DNA of 64,000 nucleotides from Deltaproteobacteria bacterium (GTDB taxonomy: Bacteria > Desulfobacterota > SM23-61). Both the position numbers and the translations under genes were made by a program. Below the pieces are notes generated by a model. That model was not told where the DNA came from. It made no database searches and saw nothing but the letters and a program-made list of their open reading frames with translations. The stretch spans positions 33,033 to 97,032 of the forward strand of contig VGSF01000002.1 of assembly GCA_016875165.1 (NCBI GenBank), given 5' to 3'. This document shows positions 19,428 through 27,443 of this stretch, in pieces. How positions within the stretch are numbered: position 1 is the stretch's first letter; every line of letters starts with the position of its first letter.

Positions 19428-20291
19428 ATGGTAGCTGAGGAACCTCTGTGTCTAAGAGGCGAGGAGCACGAGTTCTGGATCATCAGAGAAATCAAAGGGG
19501 AGGGAGAGGCTTTGAATCGGGAACAGCTTGAAAAACTTGCGGCCGACGAGCGGTTCATCCCGGGAATTTACAATTATTGCGATCGATGGTGTGAACGGTG
19601 TCCCCAAACCTCCCGCTGTTTGAATTTCACCCTTTCAGAAAGTGAATTTTCAGATCCTGAAATGAAAGATATTAGAAATGAAGCCTTCTGGAAAAAGTTA
19701 TCGGAGATCTTCATGGAAACCTTGGAGCTGCTGAGGGAAACGGGGAAAAAATGGGGAATAGAGTTAGAGAATTTGGATTCAGGGAGTGATACAGAAAGAA
19801 GTCGGGCCAATGATGAGGCTGTAGAGGTCCATGTGATTTGCCGCGCCGCCAAAAGCTACAGAATGATGGTGGAAGATTGGTTCAGAGAAAGAGAAAGATT
19901 CTTTTTTGAAACGGCAGCTTTTACTAAAGAGGAAGTTGGCGCCGAGGAAGCCTTTGAAGTGATCCGATGGTACCAATGCTTCATTTCGGCCAAAATTGCC
20001 CGAGCCATCCGGGGAAAGATGGAGGAGGAAGAGGAGAGATATGAAGAATTCGCCAGCGACGCGGATGGCTCGGCCAAGATCGCCCTTATCGCCATTGACC
20101 GTTCGATCTGCGCTTGGGCAGTAATTTTTCGGCATAACCATCTCTATGCGGAGAGCGTTTTTGAAATTATCTCTTTTCTCGGCCTTTTGCGACAGGCCGT
20201 CGAGGAAACATTTCCCAGAGCGAGGTCATTTATCCGACCCGGGTTTGATGACCTTGATTTAAATGTAATGGTTTCGGGCAGGGAGTCTTAA
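19428..20291 (+). CDS. Hypothetical protein with CDRWCERCPQTSRC motif
   Basis: 287-aa ORF carrying a Cx3CxxCx5C cluster near the N-terminus. No family recognised. Confidence 0.5.
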   Translation: MVAEEPLCLRGEEHEFWIIREIKGEGEALNREQLEKLAADERFIPGIYNYCDRWCERCPQTSRCLNFTLSESEFSDPEMKDIRNEAFWKKLSEIFMETLELLRETGKKWGIELENLDSGSDTERSRANDEAVEVHVICRAAKSYRMMVEDWFRERERFFFETAAFTKEEVGAEEAFEVIRWYQCFISAKIARAIRGKMEEEEERYEEFASDADGSAKIALIAIDRSICAWAVIFRHNHLYAESVFEIISFLGLLRQAVEETFPRARSFIRPGFDDLDLNVMVSGRES

Positions 20292-20448
20292 GAAGTGCAA
20301 ATGGTTTACCCACCATCTAATTTAGGGGCTATGCGTAAGAAGACGGGACGTTCTTTCCGAAATTGCTTTGGCTAAAAGTTGAATTTAGCAAAACGAAAAT
20401 TGATATAAAAATAACCCTCTGCCCCGATGCTCAATCAGCCATGTGAGG

Positions 20449-21615
20449 CTAAGAATTTCTATGTGACTCAACAAAATCATGAAGGGCAGTAACCATCACC
20501 CCCCTTTTTATTGGGTAGCTCTCCTTAACAGGAGCGATAACCCATCCTTCATTTATCTCCAAATCCGAAAGGGCGCCCCAGAACCCTTGGCCGACTTCCG
20601 GAGCTGGCGACAACTTGCATTCAACAGCAATGCGCTTTCTTCCCTTTTCGAGCACCAGATCTAATTCCATGCCCGTAGCCGTGCGGTAGAAATAACCGTG
20701 CCAACCGGAGAGCTCCCCAAGAATGTTTTCAATCACCCATCCTTCCCAGGATGCACCACGAACTGGATGACCCAGGAGGTCGTCATGATTTTCAATGCCC
20801 AGAAGGGAATGAAGGATCCCGGAGTCTCGGAGATAGATACGCGGTGATTTGATAAGACGCTTCCGGAGGTTGGGCAATAAAGGCGGCAAGAAACGTAACA
20901 TGAAAGTTTCTGAGAGAAGGTCAAGATAGGATCGAATGGTTGTGTGGCTGACCCCCAACGACTCTCCCAAACGAGACTGGTTCAACAGTTGCCCATGATG
21001 GTGAGCGCACATCTTCCACAGTCGCTCCAGCGTCCGGGATGGGATCCGAATCCCCAATTGGGGAATATCCCGTTCCAGAAACGTTTGAATGAAATTTTGG
21101 CGCCACTGATGGCTCTCTTTGTCTAACCGGGCAAGGTAACTATCCGGGAACCCTCCCCGGAGCCAGTGAGTCTCAAATCCTTTTGCGGATTTCTCGACCT
21201 CGGACAGGAGGAACGGAGTAAGTTCCAGATACGCAATTCGCCCCGCCAGCGTCTCCGAACTCTGGCGAATCAGGCTCGGCGATGCCGAACCGAGAATAAG
21301 GAACTGTCCTTTCCGGCGACGTTCGTCGATAACACTGCGTAGAATTGGGAAAATCTCAGGGCACCGATGGATTTCGTCCAGGCAAATTAATTTCCCTTTG
21401 TGCAAATCGAAGAATAACTCCGGTTCGGCAAGCTTCTGGAGATCAGAAGGGCGTTCAAGGTCGAGGTAGATATGATCGGCTCTTTTTTCCATGATCGCTT
21501 TAGCCAGAGTCGACTTCCCGCTCTGACGCGGTCCAAGAATGGCCACTGCAGGAAATGCTTGTAGCGATTCTGCTACTTTCTTCTCCAGATTCCGAGAGAT
21601 GTATTGATATTGCAT
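20449..21615 (-). CDS. AAA+ ATPase with DUF4143-type C-terminal domain
   Basis: Walker A GPRQSGKSTLAK and Walker B LICLDEIH. The overall architecture matches the common ATPase/DUF4143 family. Confidence 0.8.
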   Translation of the reverse strand: MQYQYISRNLEKKVAESLQAFPAVAILGPRQSGKSTLAKAIMEKRADHIYLDLERPSDLQKLAEPELFFDLHKGKLICLDEIHRCPEIFPILRSVIDERRRKGQFLILGSASPSLIRQSSETLAGRIAYLELTPFLLSEVEKSAKGFETHWLRGGFPDSYLARLDKESHQWRQNFIQTFLERDIPQLGIRIPSRTLERLWKMCAHHHGQLLNQSRLGESLGVSHTTIRSYLDLLSETFMLRFLPPLLPNLRKRLIKSPRIYLRDSGILHSLLGIENHDDLLGHPVRGASWEGWVIENILGELSGWHGYFYRTATGMELDLVLEKGRKRIAVECKLSPAPEVGQGFWGALSDLEINEGWVIAPVKESYPIKRGVMVTALHDFVESHRNS

Positions 21616-21742
21616 AGTGCAATCCTACCTTGCAATTTACATAAAGTCAACACAAATTTTGCCTTTGCCTGCTCCGAGGAGCAAAAGATTTCTGGACCTC
21701 CATCAGACCTTGAAGATCGCTGGCCTATACTCACCATTCAGC

Positions 21743-21770
21743 GAAGTATTCGCCTACATAAAACGCAAAT
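21743..21770 (+). repeat. 28-bp direct repeat, copy 2 (gaagtattcgcctacataaaacgcaaat)
   Basis: 25/28 identical to 14849-14876. Confidence 0.7.
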
Positions 21771-21784
21771 TTCTGTTGTAAAAA

Positions 21785-22036
21785 ATTAGGTTTGATCTGG
21801 CAAACATAAATGAAATCAAAGATGAGTTTTCTAAATATATGCGGCTGGCCATGAAAGAAAAAGTCATTATTACCCGGCATGGAAAGCCCGCCGGCATTTT
21901 GATAGGCTTTGCTTCGGAAGAGGATTGGTTTGATTATCGGCTGGAGCACGCCCCTCGCTTCCTGGCGCGGGTTGAACTTGCACGCCAAAGCATCTGCTCA
22001 GGACGGGGAATCAAATTGGAAGACATCAAAATATAG
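21785..22036 (+). CDS. Phd/YefM-type antitoxin
   Basis: KVIITRHGKPAGILIGF core. Antitoxin-like N-terminus (IRFDLANINEIKDEFSKY) extends upstream of the listed ATG at 21839 to the stop at 21779. The start codon is uncertain (ATT 21785 or CTG 21797). No toxin gene follows. Confidence 0.55.
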   Translation: MRFDLANINEIKDEFSKYMRLAMKEKVIITRHGKPAGILIGFASEEDWFDYRLEHAPRFLARVELARQSICSGRGIKLEDIKI

Positions 22037-22227
22037 CCAGAGCCTCTCAGTCGGCTCTCCTTTTTCCTTTTGCCTTGTTCCTCTTTCCTTTTGTTTATGG
22101 CCCATAGCCTATCGCCTGGGTTTTGGCCCAATTGCCCAAATACTTCTTGATTTATTTTTTGGCTTGATATATTTTTCAGATCATAACTGGATTGTATAGG
22201 AATTTTGTATAGGAATTTCCTTTTTTA

Positions 22228-22322
22228 TCCCCCTCCCCCCAACCCCCTCCCGCCAGGGGAGGGGAGATACTGGGGGATCCAAAATTCCCTCCCCCTGGAT
22301 GGGGGAGGGTTAGGGTGGGGGT
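22228..22322. repeat. G/C-tract nested palindrome repeat (CCCCTCCCC...GGGGAGGGG type)
   Basis: Sequence atccccctccccccaaccccctcccgccaggggagggg...ccctccccctggatgggggagggttagggtgggg. Confidence 0.6.
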
Positions 22323-22386
22323 GTTAATAACTTGAAAAGTCTTACTACTGTCGAATAAGCGGAGGGGCTTATGTGGGCCATTTAAA

Positions 22387-22417
22387 CCCCGCCTCTGGAA
22401 AAGAGGCGGGGTTTTTT
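22387..22417 (+). terminator. Intrinsic terminator
   Basis: ccccgcctct-ggaaa-agaggcgggg followed by T6. Confidence 0.7.
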
Positions 22418-22475
22418 GTTCGAAGAAACTCATCGCATTGAAATTAAGGAATTCGATTCATAAGATATAACGTAG

Positions 22476-22930
22476 CTCCGTTGATTCCGAAACTTTTGGC
22501 CTATCCGCAAACCAATTAAACCCCTTTAGAACCTTGAAAAAGGGATGCCCCCAGAACCCCAATGTTATTAGTCAGTCCATAATTGCGCAGAAATCGGAGG
22601 CTAAATCCCTCCTTCCCTCCCTTTACAAAAGGGAGGAATTCCCCTCTTTGACAAAGAGGGGTTAGGGGAGATTTGAACAGCACAAAAAATAGTTTTTGTA
22701 GAAACGCGGCTGAAAAATATGTATCTTAACGTATACTCGGGCTCTTGGCGGATTTTCGAAGATCGGCCTCAGGCAGAGGCCCTTTGATTGGGAGGGAGGA
22801 TGAAAAGTTATCGCAAGGAACTTTGGTTCAACATTGCCAGGCGAAGGGCGTTTGTGAATATAACCCCCCAGGTTGAAGCGTGTTTGCAAGAAAGCGGAAT
22901 AAAGGAAGGGATGATCCTGGTCAATGCCAT
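22476..22930 (+). repeat. Diverged duplicate of the yjbQ promoter and 5' region (copy 2, continuous with the intact gene)
   Basis: Aligns with 16873-17272. It carries an extra G/C-palindrome insertion around 22600-22680. Confidence 0.8.
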
Positions 22931-23219
22931 GCATATCACGGCGTCGGTTTTTATCAACGATGATGAATCCGGCCTCCACCAGGATTACGAGAAATGGCTC
23001 GAAAAATTAGCTCCCCATGAGCCGGTCTCACAATATCTGCACAACCGAACCGGGGAGGACAACGGGGATGCCCATCTGAAAAGGCAGATTATGGGAAGGG
23101 AAGTCGTGATCGCGGTGACGGGAGGGAAACTGGATTTCGGTCCCTGGGAGCAGATATTTTATGGGGAATTTGACGGAGGACGCCGCAAGCGAGTGTTAGT
23201 GAAAATCATTGGTGAATAA
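22800..23219 (+). CDS. yjbQ: YjbQ/UPF0047 family protein (secondary thiamine-phosphate synthase-like)
   Basis: [10 protein letters not shown]...[23 protein letters not shown]...GDAHLK...[31 protein letters not shown] precedes the ATG at 22800. Confidence 0.8.
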   Translation: MKSYRKELWFNIARRRAFVNITPQVEACLQESGIKEGMILVNAMHITASVFINDDESGLHQDYEKWLEKLAPHEPVSQYLHNRTGEDNGDAHLKRQIMGREVVIAVTGGKLDFGPWEQIFYGEFDGGRRKRVLVKIIGE

Positions 23220-23387
23220 AAGTTCCTTCCGCACATATTCCGCGCGGCGCCATGTGCCACGAGCATGAATACCCGACGGAGGACAAACGAAGAATAGGCC
23301 GAAAAGGCTGATAGAAAATAGTTGATTTCCTTGTCCAACATTGAAATAATAAGGGTGAAACTTAATAAGGGCGGAGGAAACCCAACC

Positions 23388-23636
23388 ATGCCCAATATTA
23401 CTCTTAACGTCGACGAGGAAACGATCAAAAAGGTCCGGAAGGTCGCGGTCGATAAAAACACCACTTTAACGGAGATGGTCAGGGAATACCTAAAATCGAT
23501 AGCGGAAGGCGACCTGACCGGGAGAGAGCGCATGGTGAGAGAATTACAGGCCTGTTTCAAGAGTCTCAGCCGGGATATGGGCAAAAGGAAATGGACGCGG
23601 GACCAGCTCCATGAGCGATATGGTTGCAGACCGTAA
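23388..23636 (+). CDS. Ribbon-helix-helix (CopG/VapB-like) antitoxin
   Basis: Begins MPNITLNVDEETIKKVRKVAVDKNTTLTEMVREYL. The upstream part of the listed ORF is unlikely to be coding. Confidence 0.6.
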   Translation: MPNITLNVDEETIKKVRKVAVDKNTTLTEMVREYLKSIAEGDLTGRERMVRELQACFKSLSRDMGKRKWTRDQLHERYGCRP

Positions 23637-23718
23637 TCTTCTTCTTTCAGAAGATCTTCAACACGAGTTTAACTTAGCCACAGAGTACACAGAGATCACA
23701 GAGTTATTAAAACCCTGA
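23620..23718 (+). pseudogene. Remnant of a PIN (VapC-like) toxin gene, truncated after ~20 codons
   Basis: ATG overlaps the end of the antitoxin gene. MVADRNLLL resembles a VapC N-terminus, but the sequence then runs into a cacagag-type intergenic repeat and a stop. Confidence 0.35.
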
Positions 23719-23968
23719 TTAAGAAAAAGTAAAGGATAAGTGTCAGGCGTCTAAACTGATTCCGCCGCAGGCGGACTAAAGTTGAAAAAGGAAATTCCTA
23801 TACAATCAAGTTAGGGACCCTTACCATAAAAAATCCTTTTTTCTAAGCAATCTGCATATTGAAAGCTTTCCAATTAAAAGATCTTCATGATTGCTCAGTC
23901 CGACCCGAAAAAGAACGAAAAGGAAAAGACCCGAATAAGAAAAGCAGGCGAGTCGGTAGTTTGAAAGC

Positions 23969-24742
23969 ATGAAAGAAAGCATACGTTCTCATCTCAGCGA
24001 GATTGAAGTTATGGAAAACGTCAGGATAGCTTACGCCTGCGAGTCAGGCAGCCGGGCCTGGGGGTTTCCATCCGCTGATAGCGATTATGACGTGCGTTTC
24101 CTGTACGTCCGACCAGTAGAGTGCTACCTGTCCATTGACGAAAAGCGGGACGTTATCGAGCGCCTGGCCAGTGAAGGACTAGACATAAATGGATGGGATT
24201 TGAAGAAAGCCTTGGAGCTCTTCCGCAAGTCAAATCCCCCGCTCTTGGAGTGGCTTGGCTCGCCCATCGTTTATCTTGAGAAATATTCCATCACCGCTGA
24301 GATGCGGGAACTAACGCCAGTGTATTACTCTCCAACCGCCTGCTTGTATCACTATCTGCACATGGCGCGCGGCAACTTCCGAGACTATTTGAAAGGCGGA
24401 GAAGTATGGGTCAAGAAATACTTCTATGTCTTACGCCCCATTTTGGCGATGAATTGGATTGAAAAGGGATTGGGTGTTGTCCCAACTGATTTCAATGTTT
24501 TGGTCGATAAACTTGTGAGCGATCCGAAGTTGAGAGTAGAAATTGACCGGCTGCTTTCAGCGAAACGGGCTGGGGCAGAATTAGAACGAGCGCCGAGAAT
24601 TAAACCAATCAGCGAGTTTATTGAGCAGGAACTTGAACGCTGGGGGAAGAATGAGATAGTGAATCATACACGCCCGGCGGCTTCCGCCAATAAACTTGAT
24701 GAACTCTTCAGGAAGAGTCTTGGAGAAGTATGGCGGTCGTAA
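23969..24742 (+). CDS. Predicted nucleotidyltransferase (COG3541 / Nuc-transf, RlaP-like)
   Basis: CESGSRAWGFPSADSDYDVRFLYV signature. Confidence 0.7.
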   Translation: MKESIRSHLSEIEVMENVRIAYACESGSRAWGFPSADSDYDVRFLYVRPVECYLSIDEKRDVIERLASEGLDINGWDLKKALELFRKSNPPLLEWLGSPIVYLEKYSITAEMRELTPVYYSPTACLYHYLHMARGNFRDYLKGGEVWVKKYFYVLRPILAMNWIEKGLGVVPTDFNVLVDKLVSDPKLRVEIDRLLSAKRAGAELERAPRIKPISEFIEQELERWGKNEIVNHTRPAASANKLDELFRKSLGEVWRS

Positions 24743-24809
24743 TGTCATTCAGGGCGTGCGCTTAAAAACAGCATGCAGGAGATGGATCTATGAAGGAAGA
24801 AAAGCTGCT

Positions 24810-25622
24810 ATGAAATTGCTGAGGGAAGATGCCGATTTATTCTTTAAGCTAATGTGGGGACTGCAATTTTTCGTCAATCAGCATCTCCGAATCTGGCCTG
24901 ATGTCCAATCCGTTAAAGAATATGCTGCTTTGTCTACGCTGGGGAAAGCCAAGGTGCGCGATGCCTTATGGCAAAATTCGAAATTGATAAATGCGTATCT
25001 TGAATTGAACCCGGACCATTTATCAGCCTTGGAACAAGAAATAGTTTGCAAGTGGCAGCGGTTTATTGCTGACACTTTCCATATTTTCCGCTTTTTAAAG
25101 AAGAACACCATTTTTATAGGCAAGCAATCGCAGGTCTATGTTGTTTTAGGGATACAGGACAACCTGGCGGATATCTTCGATGCTCGGCCCTTACCCATTA
25201 TGGTCGAGGCGGTGTTGTTACCGTTCAAGGGACAGATCGTTTATGATGGGCTGCTGAAGATCTATAACGTATCCTTTGGTAGCGGTATCCGCTCTGATTT
25301 GCAGAAAACATATATGGTGGCCAAACAGAACGCTCGTATCATTACAAAACTTGAACCAGAGGCTGATGTAAAAGCAAGCGTTGAGAGGCCGGGAAAAGTG
25401 AGCCAAGAGTGGCTGGCAATGGTCGAGGAGATTGCCAAGGCGAGTGAACGAATGCGCGGAGGCCCGGTAGTTCAAGGGGCCGCGCTTACGTTGCTTCGGG
25501 CTAGTGCGAAGGTTGCCGAGGCGGCGTTGAAACGGATGGACGGAGAAGACCTTTGGCAGTTGACGCGATTGGCACAAAACGCACTCCGTCGGTTACAAAC
25601 CGTTTTGCAGCGCGTAAAGTAG
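24810..25622 (+). CDS. Hypothetical protein
   Basis: Start MKLLREDADLFF follows an AAGGAAG RBS. No family recognised. Confidence 0.5.
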   Translation: MKLLREDADLFFKLMWGLQFFVNQHLRIWPDVQSVKEYAALSTLGKAKVRDALWQNSKLINAYLELNPDHLSALEQEIVCKWQRFIADTFHIFRFLKKNTIFIGKQSQVYVVLGIQDNLADIFDARPLPIMVEAVLLPFKGQIVYDGLLKIYNVSFGSGIRSDLQKTYMVAKQNARIITKLEPEADVKASVERPGKVSQEWLAMVEEIAKASERMRGGPVVQGAALTLLRASAKVAEAALKRMDGEDLWQLTRLAQNALRRLQTVLQRVK

Positions 25623-25790
25623 TGAAAATGGAAATGCAGAGCGGCGCCGCATCCGCATGCACCTGCGGGCAAAAAACATGGGATGGGGAAGTGTTCGCAC
25701 TTATATGACAAGGCAAAATAGGAATGAAAATGAAAAAGAAGTACATCGGCAAATGGTGGATTAAAGAAATGGAGCTATGGGACAATGGAC

Positions 25791-26267
25791 GGGGGGACGT
25801 AGTTGAAAATTAACACTTATTCTAGGCTCCTTCCAGGTTCTGAATGGCTTTAGCAATCGCTGAAGTACATACTCCCGTTTGCCGGGCGATCTCAGCCCTC
25901 GAAATCCCGAATTCATGACTTAGATAATACGCGATCTTCGCTCGCACCCCTGAGTACTTTCTCGTCCTCACCCCCACCCGCAATTCCCGTTCCGCAACCC
26001 CTTCTTTAAGACATATCTCCTTAATGAAATTATCAATAGAATTATTAATTTCACCGGCCCGGAGATACCTCCTTACGGTCTTTTCAGCTTCTCTTATAAT
26101 CTCAGCTACAAAATCTCCCTTCCCTAAAATCCGGCTCTCATATTTCATCTTCTCCCGAGAACCTCTTAGAGATATTACCTGAGACCAACCCCCTAAGCTT
26201 CGAATCAATCCCCCACCCACTAACTTTTTCCATATCTGTAAAGTGCTATTTTTCAACTACGTCCCCC
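25791..26267. mobile_element. Decayed Y1-transposase (IS200/RAYT-like) element bounded by inverted repeats
   Basis: ggggggacgtagttgaaaa (25791-25809) is inverted at ttttcaactacgtccccc (26250-26267). Only the C-terminal HTH half of the transposase survives. Confidence 0.65.
25822..26256 (-). pseudogene. C-terminal fragment of Y1 transposase with DnaA-C-like HTH
   Basis: GGGLIRSLGGWSQVISLRGSREK...RAEIARQTGVCTSAIAKAIQ aligns with residues ~195-324 of the 29243-30217 product. The HUH/Tyr domain is missing. Confidence 0.7.
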
Positions 26268-26294
26268 ATTCGTCCCCCGTCCCCCATTCGTCCC

Positions 26295-26507
26295 TCAGAT
26301 ATTCAAGCAGGGAGGATCTTCATAGTTGAGGCAGGTCACAGGGATATCTTCCTCTTTCCCTAAGGGGATGACCTTGATTCGACCACGCCTCGCATTGCCA
26401 ACCTGGTGATGGTGGAAGGCATAGATCAATTCGCACATACGGCAGCTACTGCAGATGGTCACCGGGTCCCTGCGGTTTTCAAAATAGCCGATCCTCTGTC
26501 GAACCAT
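26295..26507 (-). CDS. Hypothetical small Cys/His-rich protein (70 aa)
   Basis: Starts 1 nt after the stop of the MoaD-like gene. Contains CSSCRMC and HHH. Confidence 0.4.
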   Translation of the reverse strand: MVRQRIGYFENRRDPVTICSSCRMCELIYAFHHHQVGNARRGRIKVIPLGKEEDIPVTCLNYEDPPCLNI

Positions 26508-26508
26508 C

Positions 26509-26808
26509 TTATCCCCCTGATATGAAATATAACAGGCTCACTCGATCCCCTTCCATCAGTGGGACGTCCTTCACGTTGAGGGCGACTCCTGTGTGGATCC
26601 GATCGTTGACCACGACCATGAGTCCGGGGAGGATGGACATTGTTCCCTTTTCAAAAAGCAGATCCTGCATTCTTTCCCCATATTTTCTGGATAGCCATCG
26701 AAGCAATCCCTCCAACGTTGCCTCCCGGTTCTCCAATTCGATCACGAGATGAGTGGATTGGCACATCGGCCGAAACGCCGCGGAAAGGTCAACATAAACT
26801 TTTTTGAT
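26509..26808 (-). CDS. MoaD/ThiS-family ubiquitin-like sulfur-carrier protein (C-terminal GG)
   Basis: 99 aa from MIKKVYVDL, ending ...DRVSLLYFISGG immediately before the stop. Confidence 0.65.
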   Translation of the reverse strand: MKKVYVDLSAAFRPMCQSTHLVIELENREATLEGLLRWLSRKYGERMQDLLFEKGTMSILPGLMVVVNDRIHTGVALNVKDVPLMEGDRVSLLYFISGG

Positions 26809-27061
26809 CATCAAGGCTTGCCTTCCTCTCCACCTCTTCTCCACGGTCCAGGGGCTCATGAAAAACCCAATTCGATTGCATACAATTTTTGATTTATTTT
26901 TGGCTGAATTTTATAATCTCTTAGCCCTTGTCACGGAAAATAATCCATAAAAGGCCTGATTTTATGATATTTGCAGTTCTGGTATAAAAGGTTCTTGACA
27001 AATTAAACTATATTTATATACACTTTGCGAAAATAATTTTTGTATCCTGTCCACCAAGCCC

Positions 27062-27434
27062 ATGATCGAACGGATCTATTCTGGACTTCGACAAGAAATT
27101 ATTAACCGCCGTATCCCCCCGGGGACGAAGCTCTCCGAGACCCATTTATCAAGAAAACAGCGAGATAAATCTTCAATTTCATATTTACATATGGAACTGG
27201 TGCGGAAATCCGTCGTTGACAAAGATCCTGAACCATCTCAGTTCCCAATTGAATCGTTTCATCATCACCGCCCTGCACCTTCCCCACCGAATGGAAAGGT
27301 CCGTGAAGGAACACCGAAAAATCGTTGAAGGCTTCAAAACAGGGAATGCCAAACTCGTTGAGAAGGCCTTAAGTATACATTTCAAGCGGGCTTCGGAGGA
27401 TTTAAAAAAGGAAATTACAAAAAAAACAGATTAA
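27062..27434 (+). pseudogene. Disrupted GntR/FadR-family regulator
   Basis: The N-terminal wHTH start (IINRRIPPGTKLSETHLS) and the C-terminal FCD end (HRKIVEGFKTGNAKLVEKALSIHF) sit in different frames, and the middle is missing. Confidence 0.55.
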
Positions 27435-27443
27435 GGAGGAGAA

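Noticed and set aside
22176-22433. 85-aa minus-strand ORF (…PPLAGGGWGEGDKKG…) and similar ORFs over G/C palindromes (47141-47380, 49157-49486, 52142-52495, 54038-54280).
   Set aside because: The translation is simply the read-out of CCCCTCCCC/GGGGAGGGG-type repeat units. The same peptides appear wherever the repeat occurs, in either orientation.
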